Assembly (NCBI GenBank): GCA_043228905.1
Contig: JBHGNT010000018.1
Span: forward strand, 14,260,001-14,324,000
DNA length: 64,000 nt
Origin: Azolla caroliniana
Lineage: Eukaryota > Plantae > Polypodiophyta
Reading direction: 5' to 3'
Shown here piece by piece: positions 1-12,729 of this stretch. The translations under genes were made by a program, and so were the position numbers. Below the pieces are notes generated by a model that was given only the letters and a program-made list of their open reading frames with translations, was not told the origin of the DNA and made no database searches. Each line of letters starts with the position of its first letter. Positions within the stretch are counted from its first letter, which is position 1.

Positions 1-890
1 GTTTAGCTTGGGCGTATCCTCGCTGACGCTCACTCAATACCTTCGCCCCGAACCGGATCGGGAACCGTACACCATCCTTGTCCTCCTGACTGATCACCCA
101 CCCGATCCTGGTCGGGCTCATGTCCACCGTCACGTAGATGGGGACTTCCTTGCCGTAAACCACTTTCCGGAGAGCCGGTGCCACGGCGAGCGCCTCCTTC
201 AGTCTCTGGACCGCCTTTGTGTGCTCCGTCTTCCTCTCGAACCTACGCCCTTTCTTCAATAGCCCTTTGAGCGGTTCCGCGACATGTGCGTAGTGCGGAA
301 TCCAGATGTAGAACGCGCACACACCCAAAAATCAGCGGACCTCGGTAACTGACTCGCAATCGTCCTTCATCACGGAGATGGCTTCTACCTATGCCGGGGA
401 CGGTTTCCAACCATAGGGCCCGCACAGGTGTCCGACTACCAAGATCTCTATCTGCCCGAACGCTGATTTCTCTCTAGAGAAGGTGAGCCGCGCGCTCTCG
501 AGCCTCTGCAGCACCTTCTTGCAGTCGTTGATGTGGTTCACAACGAACCTCCGGCATCCGTCCGGCTCGACCGTATCGTCCACGTCCTCCACCGGACACC
601 CCTTTATCGGTACATCGTCGAGGAACGACATAGTGATGTCCGGGATGCAGTCCCTTAACACCTTGTTCATCGCATTCACCATGTGCGCCACCGAATTTGT
701 TCCTCCTTGCAGTAGGGTACAGATCCGCACCAAGCCGAGAGGAGTCCACATTGTCGTGATGTCCCTGCTCTCTACGGCTCTTTGGAACTGGTCGTACCCT
801 GAGTATAATGCACCGACCGAATAGATTGACCTCTCGGCGAAGGCCTCCGCGAACTCGTCTATGGTCGGCCCGATTCCTGAGTTATGGATG
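1..890 (-). pseudogene. Ty3/Gypsy RT-RNase H fragment, same family as 47783-55099
   Basis: ORF 389-895 (GIGPTIDEFAEAF...SFLDDVPIKGCP) closely matches the pol at 48934-51960. It is frameshifted and truncated at about 890. Confidence 0.9.
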
Positions 891-1142
891 GACACCTTGT
901 TGCGTTGAGATCAACGGACGAAATCACATGCTCCACCATCCGAATGCATCTGGCCGAAAACGTCTATTTCAGCATGGCGAAAGAGACGACATCGTTCTCA
1001 TTGTGGGAGAAGCTACAAGCTGTCTATGAGAAGAAGTCGTCATCTTCGAAACTGATCTTGATCAAACAATTGTTCAACATGAAGATGAAAGAGACTGATC
1101 CGGCAACCTCCCACATCAACACCTTCAGCCGGGTGTTGTCAG

Positions 1143-1441
1143 TGTTGGGGACAAGGCCGTTAATGCGGAAGTGCAAGCAACATTCGTGATGAAGAAGAAC
1201 CTGTGTATGCATCAACAAGATAGACACAGAGGGAGAGAGAGAGAGAGAGGCACAAAGGAAACGTTATATTCCAATAGCAACAGTTACAAATGACAACCAA
1301 CCTTCACTAAAGGTTACAAAGTCACTTTATATAGTGACTGTCCTAGGGCAACTGCCCTTTATGCTATTTACAAAAATAGCCCGAACTTGGGTTGTCCAAA
1401 GGGACAGTGTGAATATGGCCATTATACACTCGTATTCGACA
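1143..1441 (-). repeat. 3' LTR of Copia A
   Basis: Direct repeat of 7845-8233, differing mainly in (GA)n length. Confidence 0.95.
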
Positions 1442-1639
1442 CTCCCCCGTAATGGGCGTATGCACGGGTTATCTAAATAATTACAGGTATATATACAAGG
1501 TTTATCGGATAGATCGGTTTTGTCAGAGTCGGCAAGATCCAAAGACAGAGGATCGAACTGGTCGGTCGGAAGAGCTGAAGCCGATCCTCAGAGAACTGAT
1601 GTCGGTGGTCCGAAACCATCCTGTGCTATGTGTCCGACT

Positions 1640-2812
1640 TTAATCGTACTGATTTTTCGTTACGCCCATCTGGTGCCGAAGGGACCGGAAACGATCCGCC
1701 AAAAGACACTTGGTCATTCCATATGCGACATTATCGGTTGTGGATATCTTCTCGAGACCGATTTTCCCTGAAATGACGCAGTCCCAAACGAAGTGATATC
1801 GAACATCGATATGCTTAGAGGCGTTGTGGTGAACCGGATTTTTTGACAAAGCAACAACACCCTGACTGTCGCTGTAGACAATTGGAGCCGAGTCGGAGTC
1901 GACTTGTCGAAACGTGTGCGCCAGTCGACCGAGCCATAAAGCTTCTTTTGCCGCGTCAGACGCAACTACATATTCCGCTTCGGTCGTTGAGGTGGCTGTG
2001 CACTCCTGAAGTTTTGACTTCCACGAGATTGCTCCATTGCCGAATTTGAAACAATATCTGGTTGTGGATTTCCGACTGTCCACACAGCCGGCGAAGTCCA
2101 AGTCGGTGTAACCGACTACGCCTGAGGTTGAGTTCCGACCGAAAAGAATGCCGTGGTCTTTTGTGCCAGCTAGATATCTGAACACATGCTTGACTGTGTT
2201 CCAGTGCGATCGGCCGTGGTTGTGCATGAATCTGTTGATGACTCCTACGACGTGAGAAATATCAGGCCGTGTCACGATCATCGCGTACTTGAGGGAACCG
2301 ACTGCCGATGCATATGGTACCGACTTCATATCTTCCCCATCCGGACCGGATGTCAGACAGTCTCGCTGAGACAGCTGAAGGTTGATGGGGAGCGGGGTCG
2401 AAGCAGACTTGGCCGATTGCATGTTGAATCGCGCTAAGACACGTCCGATGTAGTCGGTTTGAGACAAGAAAAGTTGTCGTGTATCGCGATACCGACTAAT
2501 CTTCATACCAAGTATGTGTCTTGCCGGACCAAGGTCCTTCATGGCAAACTTCAACCGTAGTTGCCGAACGAGTTCGGTGAGCTCTCTGGCATGCCGACCG
2601 GAGAGTAGCATGTCGTCCACGTAGATGATGAGGAAGACGGGAGACCAGTCTTGAGCTGTTTTGGTGAAGAGACAGTGGTCCTCATCGCTCTTGGAGAAGT
2701 CGACTGATTGGATGAAGTCGTCAAACTTCTTGTACCACTGTCGGGGTGCCTGTTTCAGGCTGTAGAGACTCTTCTTGAGTCGGCAGACTAGATGTTCCTG
2801 GCCAGATGCCAC
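1640..2812 (-). pseudogene. Copia A RT/RNase H
   Basis: Motifs LKKSLYSLKQAPRQWY, IYVDDML and SKHIDVRYHF. Stops and frameshifts occur upstream. Confidence 0.9.
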
Positions 2813-3839
2813 AAAGCCTTTTGGCTACTCCATATAGATTTCCTCCTGTAGGTCACCGTGGAGGAATGCTGTTTTTACATCTAGCTGAATCAGCTCCAAG
2901 TTGTCGGCGGCCACGACGCCGAGCATGAGACGGAGGGTCGTCATTTTCACCACTGGTGAAAAGATTCGTTGAAGTCGACGCCATATTCTTGTCTAAATCC
3001 CTTCGCAACTAATCTGGCCTTGTACTTTGGGTTGGTCGAGTCAGACGTCTCGTTTAGTCGATAGACCCACTTACATGGGAGAGCACGTCGATTATTTGGT
3101 AATTTGACCAAGTTTGAAGTCTTGTTTGCCCGAATGGAGTGCATTTCCGACTCCATCGCCAGATGCCATGTGGGTGAATCGGCAGATGCCGTTGCTTCTT
3201 CGTAAGACGTCGGTTCGCCGACGTCGGTAAAGAAAATTTTGGGAGAGTACCTCTTCGGAGGTTGCGACAGTCTCTCGGATCTGCGAGGTATGAGTGGACT
3301 AGTCGCACCGGGTGTCGATGTCGGATGGTCGGGAGCTGAGCCATTCGGCTGTGCCGAATCGGTGGATTCGGTGCGAGAGTTGTCATTTACCCGTGAAACT
3401 GATCTCGTGTTGTGGGTTGGGCCGTCATGAAGGGTTAGCAGTTCGGAAAATATTACCCTTCGGACTTCAATAGGCCTTTCGACCGTTTTATGCATAGTCG
3501 ACTCGTTGAACACGACGTCTGAACTTTGGACGATTTGTCTATGCTCGGGGTCCCATAGTCGGTATCCGATCTCGCCGTCGGGTCCATACCCAAGGAAAAC
3601 GCATTTCCTTGATCTTGGTTCGAGTTTCCGGCGATCGTCTTTCGGTATGAGGGCGTATGCCTCACAGCCGAAGATCCTCAGCTTGTCATAATTCGGCTTA
3701 CTATCGGTCCATATTTCCTGAGGTATTTGAAGTCCTAGGGGTCTACTTGGTGACATATTTATGATGTGTACTGCCGTAAGTAGAGCCTCTGCCTAGAAAC
3801 CATCCAACAGTCTGGAGTGTTGGAGCATGGATACTACGT

Positions 3840-4476
3840 TGTCGTGAAGTTTCGCGCATGCGTGTGGAAGGGGCGGGACCATAGGGGTCTTGGACTAGGG
3901 AGAAGAGGAGAAAGGTTAAGACAATGAATGGAAGATTAGCTCATAGCTCAAGAGGAGAAGAGAACGAATATCACATTATGATAGAAGAAGAAGATGATGA
4001 TGAAGAAGATGGAGTCAAGATACTCAACAAGAAGTTCTATTAAGAAAACATAAACACTTTACAATGGTGGCCGCCATGGCCGCACCAAACAACTATAAGA
4101 AAACCCTAAAGGAAAACCCAAGAAGAAAACCCTAACCGAAGATGAATAAGGAAACCCTAAACGAAACCCTAACCCTAAAACGAAATGGGAAGAAGGAGGA
4201 CCCTAGACTAAGTGGTATACCTCTCATACGCAAAATAGGCAACCCTTTCACAAAGGGCGCTCCCTTCCTTTTATAGAACAAGGAGAGGGATGCGTTACAA
4301 TGTGTGATAAATCCTGACTTACATGGGATCGTCTGTCCCGACTTGACTACTCTTCGGCACCATAAAGGCGCCCTCGTTATTCACACTAAATGTACAAGGG
4401 TGAGCACACATGCCACACCCCGCCGATGTAGCCAATGTTTCCTGGTTTCCGCCTCTGGCCGAAATTCTTCACGACA
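3840..4476 (-). mobile_element. Solo LTR related to the tRNA-Trp Gypsy family
   Basis: Termini TGTCGTGAAG...CTTCACGACA resemble those of 47783-55099. It has a 4-bp TSD ACGT/ACGC and interrupts the Copia A integrase. It contains AAACCCTAA telo-box-like motifs. Confidence 0.85.
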
Positions 4477-5012
4477 ACGCGTTCTTGAATCGTCTGATTC
4501 ATGCGTTCAACAATTCCGTTCTGCTCCAGACTATAGGGTGCCATATATTCACGTCGAATGCCGCGTTCCCGACAGAATTTGACGAATTCTTCAGACTTGA
4601 GTTCTCCTCCATTGTCGGTTCGGAGACATTTTAGTTTCCGACCGGTCTGATTTTCGACCATTGCAAGCCATTTGGAGAAGATCGAGAACACCCGATCTTT
4701 GGTTCTAATGGGGTAAGCCCACACCTTTCGAGTCGAGTCGTCAATAAAACTGACGAAGTATGAAGCACCGCCGAGAGACTGATGTGGCATCGGGCCACAG
4801 ACGTCTGAGTGGGCCAAATCGAGGGGGCTTGATTCTCTTGGTGCTGATGTCGGGTGTGATGTGGCTACTTGTTTGCCGTACTGGCAATGCTCGCAGAATT
4901 GGTGATCCGAGAAGGAGAGTTTGGGGATGTAACCGGCTCTGGATAGGTGCGTTATGCCGACCTTGCTGAGGTGTCCAAGTCATCCATGCCATAATGATGA
5001 AACGGGGATATC

Positions 5013-5882
5013 TAACGGGAACTGTACGCTCCTTATACGCAACGCTCGGCCACAACCGAGCTTAGAATCATACACAGAAAACGGGAAATAATGAACGACA
5101 CGAAGAAGAGACGAGTATGCAGGATGTTTACGTGGAAAACCCAAACTAAGGGAAAAACCATGGCAGCCCACAGGCTGCAAACTATCACTATGTTAGAATG
5201 TACAACAGTGAGTTCACGGAGGCAACGACCTCGTGCTCATGATCCTCGTCACAGGCGGCGATTACAATAGAGGCAACGACCTCTTTCTCTCTCTCTCTCT
5301 CTCTCTCTCTGTACACAGTTACGCGCTCTCTCTCTCCTTGCACCAACAAGAAAATGACAACAACAACTAAAAGTTTGCCCTAAGTCATATTTATACTAAT
5401 ATGACTTTTCGGCTATTTACAAATATAGCCATGATGGACTCTCAGAAACATATTTACGAATATGTCTCTTCATCCGGTGAGCACTTCTCACCGGGTCTGC
5501 ACCATCCGGCTCTCCGTAGCCGGGTACTCCTCATCCGGTTCTCACCGGGTCTATACCATCCGGCTCTCCGTAGCCGGGTACTCCTCATCCGGTTCTCACC
5601 GGGTCTGCACCATCCGGCTCTCCGTAGCCGGGTACTCCTCATCGGGTTCTCACCGGGTCTGCACCATCCGGCTCTCCGTAGCCGGGTACTCCTCATCCGG
5701 TTCTCACCGGGTCTGCACCATCCGGCTCTCCGTAGCCGGGTACTCCTCATCCGGTTCTCATCGGGTCTGCACCATCCGGCTCTCCGTAGTCGGGTACTCC
5801 TCATCCGGATTCGGCCTCGGCCGAGTTTGTTCATCAGCACTGTTCTTCTCCCTTCCCATCCGGAGGGACCCGTCTCCCAACA
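5013..5882 (-). mobile_element. Solo LTR with internal 54-bp tandem array
   Basis: TSD ATATC at 5008-5012 and 5883-5887. A near-identical inverted copy lies at 33943-34709. Confidence 0.9.
5484..5809. repeat. 54-bp minisatellite, ~6 units
   Basis: Unit GGTTCTCACCGGGTCTGCACCATCCGGCTCTCCGTAGCCGGGTACTCCTCATCC, head-to-tail with no spacers. Confidence 0.95.
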
Positions 5883-6380
5883 ATATCTACTAAAAATAAG
5901 TCACCCTCTTTGAGCGTGACATATAAAGGATACAAGGAATGTACCTTTGGTCCTCGAGCAAGCAGGAGGTTCCCTTTGTGGAGTGTCCACCCTCCTGATG
6001 AGAATCCAGCACGGATGTTGGCTTCGTCAAGCTGTCCGACTGAGATCAGGGGTCTTGAGAGCTGAGGAACATGTCAGACGTTGTGTAGTATGAGCGTAAG
6101 GCCAACCGAAAGGTTGAGCTCTACGGTGCTGATTCCGATTATAGCACAGTGCTGGGAGTTTCCGACTCGAACTGAGTCGGAGTGCCGGTTCGAGTATTGC
6201 TGAAACTGAGATCGGTGAGGTGTCACATGATACGATGCGCCTGAGTCCAAGAGCCATGTGCTCGATTCCTCAGTCGTAAGTAGAACTTTTGATTCGACTG
6301 AGTTCTCTATGGACAATATGTTCGGGTCGGTCGTCAAAATTTTGGCTGAAGAGCCGACGTAGTTGACCTCCTCATGCCGG

Positions 6381-7175
6381 CTACTCTTCTGATCCGCTCT
6401 CTGAGCTTTGTTGGTTTTTGCTTTGAGTGCCCGGCAGTCGGCTTTGATGTGTCCCGGTTTCTTGCAGTAGTTGCAGATTCGGTTGTCCCGGGACTTGCTC
6501 TGGCTTCACTGATTGTTTGGCGGTTGGGAAGAACTTCTTCCCCGGTTGTTTTATCGGTCGGTCGAACCTTATGTAAGCTTCATCTACCGAGTCTTTGGCG
6601 AAAGACTTTCTCCGAGCTGCTTCAGCCAGGATTGCACTCGTGACTTCGGAGTACTTAACGACAGCTGTTGAAGCATTGCACACGGTTGTAACGAAAGTTT
6701 CCCATGAAGAGGGGAGACTACTCATGAGTATCATTGCTCTGAGTTCATCCTCGATTGCCATCCCTTGAGATGAGATTTGGGAGCTTATTCTTTCGTACTC
6801 GTTGAGGTGTGCCTGAACCGAATCAGATTCTTTCATCCGCAAGTTGTAGAGGCGCCGGATCAGATACATCTTTGTTGCGGCAACCTTCTTTTCATAAGTT
6901 TCCGATAGTGTTTTCCAAAGTTCAAACGCTGTCGTGCATGATTGCATTGTGAAGTACATTGACTCCGACAAGTGCATCCAAATCGTGGAGCGGACGATTC
7001 TGTCCAACTTTAACCACTTGTTTGCCTTGTATGCTTCTGGAGGATTTTCATTCTCAATTGAGTCTATCTGACCCTTGACTATGAGATAGTCCTGCATTTG
7101 TTCCTTCCAGAAGTTGAAGTTCGAACCGTCCAACCTCCTTAGACTCATCTCTGATGAGCCGGATGTTGATGCCAT
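6381..7175 (-). pseudogene. Copia A gag (frameshifted before the zinc knuckle)
   Basis: LDGSNFNFWKEQM...SSLPSSWETFV, a UBN2-type gag. Confidence 0.85.
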
Positions 7176-7844
7176 CTGCTTCGGTTTCGGTTGGTAAGAC
7201 TCGGTTCGGAGTTGACTACGAACCTTAGTGGGGTGCAGCCGGTCGGCTCACCTGATATTGTTCTAGTCGGTTTTGAACTAGAGTCGGTTTGGTTTCGGAT
7301 ACTTGTTGCTAAACTTGCTCGGAGTGACTCCGGTAACTTGAGGAACAGAACCGACTGGTCTTCCCGAATGTTGCCGAGTCGGAGTGAGCCCGGTTGTATG
7401 CCGAATATCGATTACACGAAACCAATTGTTTGGGCCGATTCTGCTTCGGATGACTGCAACGATGTGAGGGACAGATCCAACTGATCCTCCCGAATGTCGA
7501 TCAGCCGAGTGAAGCACGAAGTGGTTGTTGCCAAGAGACCAATCTGCAGCAGGTGGTTACAACAAGCGGGTGAATAGTGTCCGGTGACCTATTCGAATGC
7601 CGTTTAACCGAATGAAGCACGATTGGGTCGGGTGTTGCACAGGGAGCTCCCCTCAAGCGGTTACAATCACATGAATAGAGTACAACCGGCTGGCTTACTC
7701 CAGTTTGTGATTTAACACAGTGAGATGTGAGCTTTTTGTTTGTCCTCTCCCTTCTCTGTTCTTCAAAGAAAACAAAACAGAATGTTGTGTTGTACGATGA
7801 TGGCCGGCAGCGAGTTGAAGAACCTCCAACGCTCTGATACCAAA

Positions 7845-7942
7845 TGTTGGGGACAAGGCCGTCAATGCGGAAGTGCAAGCAACATTCGTGATGAAGAAGA
7901 ACCTGTGTATGCATGAGCAAGATAGACACAGAGGGAGAGGGA

Positions 7943-8036
<94 letters not shown>

Positions 8037-8233
8037 GAGAGGCACAAAGGAAACGTTATATTCCAATAGCAACAGTTACAAATGACAACCAACCTTCACT
8101 AAAGGTTACAAAGTCACTTTATATAGTGACTGTCCTAGGGCAACTGCCCTTTATGCTATTAACAGAAATAACCCGAACTTGGGTTGTCCAAAGGGACAGT
8201 GTGAATACGACCATTATACACTCGTATTCGACA
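7845..8233 (-). repeat. 5' LTR of Copia A with expanded (GA)n microsatellite (~7930-8040)
   Basis: Matches 1143-1441 and lies next to the PBS. Confidence 0.95.
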
Positions 8234-11200
8234 GTCAGAGCTCTCATCACAAGGGATCAACTTCGAAGAAGAAGTGAAAGCCCTTGCCCTCCTATCGAGC
8301 TTGTCGGCGAGTTGGGAGGTATTCTGTACGACTTACGCCAATAGCCAACCGATCCTAAATCTGGACGAAACAACCGGCCAAGTCCTCATAGAGGACATCA
8401 GGCGAAAATTGATGGGACTAACCATTGATGAGTCGGCAGAAGCCCATCACTTGACCGAGTCATTCGACCAATAGAACAAGTCGATAGAACCGATCGACGC
8501 TATAGCCGATTGAAAACAAGGGGTGATCGATAGCGGTCGAAGTCGAGAATAGGTCGAACAAGTGAGTACTGCACACACGGCAGGAAAGCTGGCCACTATC
8601 TGGTCAATAAAAAGAGAAGAGAGTGGTCAGCGATCCGAGCTGAATCGGGGACGTTCCGACTCGGACCACTCTCCAGTCGGCAACCAGATCAGTGTTGCCA
8701 ACATCCGATCCGGAGAAATCCTCTCACTAGAGGATTCGATGATCGGAGAAGTCCTCTATAATGCATAAGTTGCACACACGTGGCTACTAGACTCTGGTGC
8801 CACATTTCACGTGACTGCCAACATTGAATGGTTCTCGAACTATTCAGCCGACGCCAACAGTACAGTCCGATTGGGAAACGGGCATGAGTGCAAGATAGCC
8901 GGAACCGGGAGGTTCTCATCAGATTGCCAAATGGCAACACAATAACCCTGCATTGAGTTCGGCACGTACCCGATCTAAAGAGGAGTCTGGTCTCCATCGG
9001 CATGTTAGCCGAAGACGGGTATCGAATGACTCTACACGAGTCGACATGGGTGATCAGCCGAGGAAACCTCAAAATCGGTAGTGGGCATAAGTATAATAAT
9101 CTATACCCATTGATGGCGATCAACCCTGAAGGGGCCTGTGAACGTAACCGAGAAAACTGACCCGAACTTATGGCATGGCCGACTTGGCCACATGTCTTAA
9201 GCCGGACTTGATCGGCTGATGTCAGTCGGCTACATCCCGAAACTCCAGGCAAACACGGACTTCTACGAGCATTGTCGATATGGGAAACAGACCCAAAGTC
9301 CACACTCTCTCCACTATGAGATGGTACGACAACCCCTAGAGCTCGTGCACATAGACATATGTGGGCCCATGCCAGAGTGATCACTAGGAGGTTCTCGGTA
9401 CTTCATCACATTCGTAGATGACTGTACACGGAAAGTTTGGGCATACTCCATCAAGTCCAAAGATGAATTGCTCAAGGTCTTCACTCGATGGATATCTGAA
9501 GTGGAGAACCGGTCGGGACATAGAGTGAAGACACTTTGATCCGACAACGAAGGTGAGTACACCTCCAGATCCTTCAAATAGTACCTGTCCGAAAAAGGGA
9601 TCCGGCATCAAAAGTCCGTTCCTTACACACCCATGCAGAATGGGGTGGCTGAATGGATCATCCGAATGATCCAGGAGAGGGTGACAGAAATGCTCCAGCA
9701 AGGTGGACTAAAGCTGGAATTCTGGGCTGAGGCATTGCAGACGATAGTGTACCTGATAAATCTGGCACTGTCAAGAGCAATCAGGCTCGAAGTGCCACAA
9801 GCACTATGGTCAGGCAAACAACTGACCTACAATAGGCTCTGTATATTCGGATGCGAAGCCTACACGTTCATCCCCAGCGACAAAAGGATGAAGTTGGCAC
9901 CCCATGCAACAAAGTGCATATTTCTCGGTTATGGAACCGATTGGAACTTCTACTACCGGCTATGGGACCTTGAGAATCGGAAATTGATCCGAAGCAGTGA
10001 TGTAGTCTTCAATGAAGACTCTATCTTCTCTCAACGGAACCAATAGAAAATAGTTGGTAAGAAGGTATCCTTCAAATATGACAGCATTGTCGTAGAAGGA
10101 CCGACCCAATAGGCCGAATCAGAGACTCAACAAATAGTTGAACTCCAACAAATTGCCAACTTCCCTGCCAATACCGAATCGACAACAAGTCCTAACGTCG
10201 AACTCAAAGACACAGCCGAATCGACGAGAGTCGACAAAGGCAGAGTCGCTAAGAGGCCAGTAAGAACCGAGTTGACAACAACCATAGGGGAGAACAACCA
10301 GACACCACCGAAATCCCAAACTGAGGGCGGGACACCTAACAAGACTCCTGACACAACTGGTTCAACAAATACCGATTGTCAATCAGAATCGATTGAAGAA
10401 CCCAAACAAGATATTACGATACCCAAGAGATCTGGACGAGCTCGAAGGCAAACAGAGTTTTATCAATCGGGCCTCGACTATGTCCAAAACACGGATGCAG
10501 GCGAACCACACATGTATGATGAAGCTATGGACGCACCAGACACTGAAACATGGCTACAAGCCATGAAATCCGAAATGGACTCGATTCATCAGAATTAGAC
10601 ATGGGAGTTGGTTGAACTACCAACAGGAAGAAAGCCGCTACCTTGCAAATGGTTGTTCTGATACAAGTATGTATCTGACTCAGAGAAACCCAAGTACAAA
10701 GCTCGGCTTGTCGCAAAAGGACAATCACCTCGTATGTCGACTAAAGAAAAGTCTATATGGCCTAAAACAAGCGCCGAGAATGTGGTACCAGAAGTTTGAC
10801 TCCTACATACAACAACTTGGATACAATAGATCAAACTCCGACCCATGCATGTATGTTCAACAACTGGCCGACGAGTCATGGATCCATCCAATCCTAGACG
10901 TCGAGATCGGTAAGCTAAAGCGGAGCCTTCATGCAAAGTTCGTGATGAAGGAACTCAGACAAGCCCGACACATACTGGGCATGAGGATAGAGAGAAATCG
11001 GATGACCAAAACTCTCTGACTCTCCTAGTCCGAATACATCCGGAAGGTGCTAAAGCGCTTCAACATGGAGAACTTGAAGCCAGCACCGACACTGCTTCCG
11101 ACGTCGATCAGACTATCGGATAGAGACTCTCCTGCAATGGACAAGGAGAGAGAGCTTAATCGAAAGATACCCTACGCATCGACAGTAGGAAGTATCGCAA

Positions 11201-12306
11201 TGGTGGCAACCCGACCCGACCTAGCCTATGAGGTAGGGGTGGTCAGCCGGTACATGTCAAACCCAGGAAAGAAGCATTGGGAGGCCGTCAAGCACATTCT
11301 TAGGTATCTAAAAGGAACCATGGATGCACAGTTGACTTTCGGACTGACAATCTCAGCCGAAATCGAAGTCTACACCGACTCTGACTATGCCGAGAACACG
11401 AACAATCAGAAATCAACATCAGGCTACATCTTCACCTATGGTGGTGGTGCGATATCATGGAGGTCGAAACTTCAAGAGTGCACGGCTCTGTCTACCACAG
11501 AAGACGAGTATATAGTAGCATCGGAAGCAGTGAAGGAAGGGATCTGGCTGCACCAACTAACTGCTGACTTCGGAATTGCAAACCGAATAGACCGACCAAC
11601 GCCGACTATCTATTGCAAATCACAGAGTGCAATACACCTCATCAACAATCCCGTCTACCATGCAAAGACAAAGCACATTGAGGTGCGGTATCATCATATC
11701 CGGGAGCTCATGATCGAGAAGAAACTCGAAGTTCGGAAGATCGACACCGAGGTGAACATCGTCGATTGCCTGACAAAGCCACTCCCAGATCAACGCTTTG
11801 GAACGCTAAGGACGAAGATGGGGCTACGACAAGTGACCTAGCTGAAGAAAGCCAAACGAGGAGCAGAAGGAAAGTGCTGACCGACACTCATACTATACCT
11901 CTGCCAACTTGCCTACTTGCCGATAGAATTGTAACATAATATCTAGTTAAATTTGTAATCTAGGTTTACGGGGGAGATAACCCCAAGCACTTGTACATGC
12001 AAGAAAGAGTGGTCCTTTTACGGGGGAGTTTGTGGGCATAAAAGGCCGACTCCTTCCAAATTGTATCCGTCCAAGTGTGAACTTGTTAATAAGTTAGGGC
12101 TTAGTATATAAGCGAATACCTAACATTGTAATGAGTGATGACGAGTAGAGTATCATATCTCTGAGAAAGAACAAAGTAATAAGAAGCTTTCATAGTCGAT
12201 AATAGTCTTCTCCTCCATGAAGACTATGTCTCGGCTACGAATGACCTTCTTGTAGACTAGGTCCTACAGTCGGTAACCAATTTCTTCATCGTCGTAGCTG
12301 AGAAAC

Positions 12307-12677
12307 TGTTGGCCGGTCAGAGAAGGCAAATGGGAAAGCAAGGTCGGATCGGATAAATATAGAAATAGGAATAGAATTATTAGGAGGGACGGATCCGGTA
12401 GTTGTAACCGATCCGGATCCGAACCGATTCGGTTTCGGTTAACGGTTGCCTACCGAGCACCGATTGTAATCTGGCCGGATGCCTATAAAAGGATCCGATG
12501 TTTTGTAATGAAAGGGCGAAGAATTAATATAGTTTTGCTTATGCTGATTAATCTTGTCTTCGTCTGTGCTTAAGTGTAATTATCATACGCGTGTATTAAC
12601 ATCCTATCCCTACCACCCCTTTGGAGAAGTGTCGGATAGACACCTGTGTTGCGGCTAGTCCAGCCATACATACAACA
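12307..12677 (+). repeat. 5' LTR (TATA CCTATAAAA at ~12482)
   Basis: TG...CA, direct repeat of 22121-22491. Confidence 0.97.
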
Positions 12678-12683
12678 CTATTT

Positions 12684-12693
12684 TGGCGACCAC
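12684..12693 (+). promoter_or_regulatory. Primer-binding site, probably tRNA-Arg(UCG)
   Basis: TGGCGACCAC lies 6 nt after the 5' LTR. The same motif follows the 5' LTR at 37054. Confidence 0.75.
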
Positions 12694-12729
12694 GATTCCT
12701 GCAGAGTGCAGAGGACAACCGGGGGATGG

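Larger units (their letters stand above)
1143..8233 (-). mobile_element. Full-length degenerate Ty1/Copia element A
   Basis: LTRs 1143-1441 and 7845-8233 (TG...CA). TSD GTCAG at 1138-1142 and 8234-8238. tRNA-iMet PBS (rc GCTCTGATACCA) at 7831-7842 and PPT at 1442-1450. gag 6381-7175, integrase 4386-4817, RT/RNase H 1640-3756. Confidence 0.95.
894..12190 (+). mobile_element. Degenerate Ty1/Copia element B (5' truncated), interrupted by element A
   Basis: gag (STIRMHLAENVYFS...KQLFNMKMKE) resumes after the TSD at 8239. It is followed by integrase (9633-10046), RT (10612-11019) and RNase H (11047-11841, HAKTKHIEVRYH). The PPT TTACGGGGGAG at ~12018 precedes a truncated 3' LTR starting TGTGGG at 12031. 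Confidence 0.85.

Noticed and set aside
4100-4180. Interstitial telomere (also 37024 and 39139)
   Set aside because: These are a few scattered AAACCCTAA motifs within LTRs, i.e. telo-box-like rather than an array.
5484-5809. CRISPR-like array
   Set aside because: The 54-bp units are head-to-tail with no unique spacers, inside a eukaryotic LTR, and there are no cas genes.
5401-5913. Repeat-protein ORFs here and at 33692-34316
   Set aside because: They are artefacts of a stop-free 54-bp repeat that is open in several frames.
7695-8344. SL/ER-repeat ORFs
   Set aside because: These are translations of the (GA)n microsatellite.
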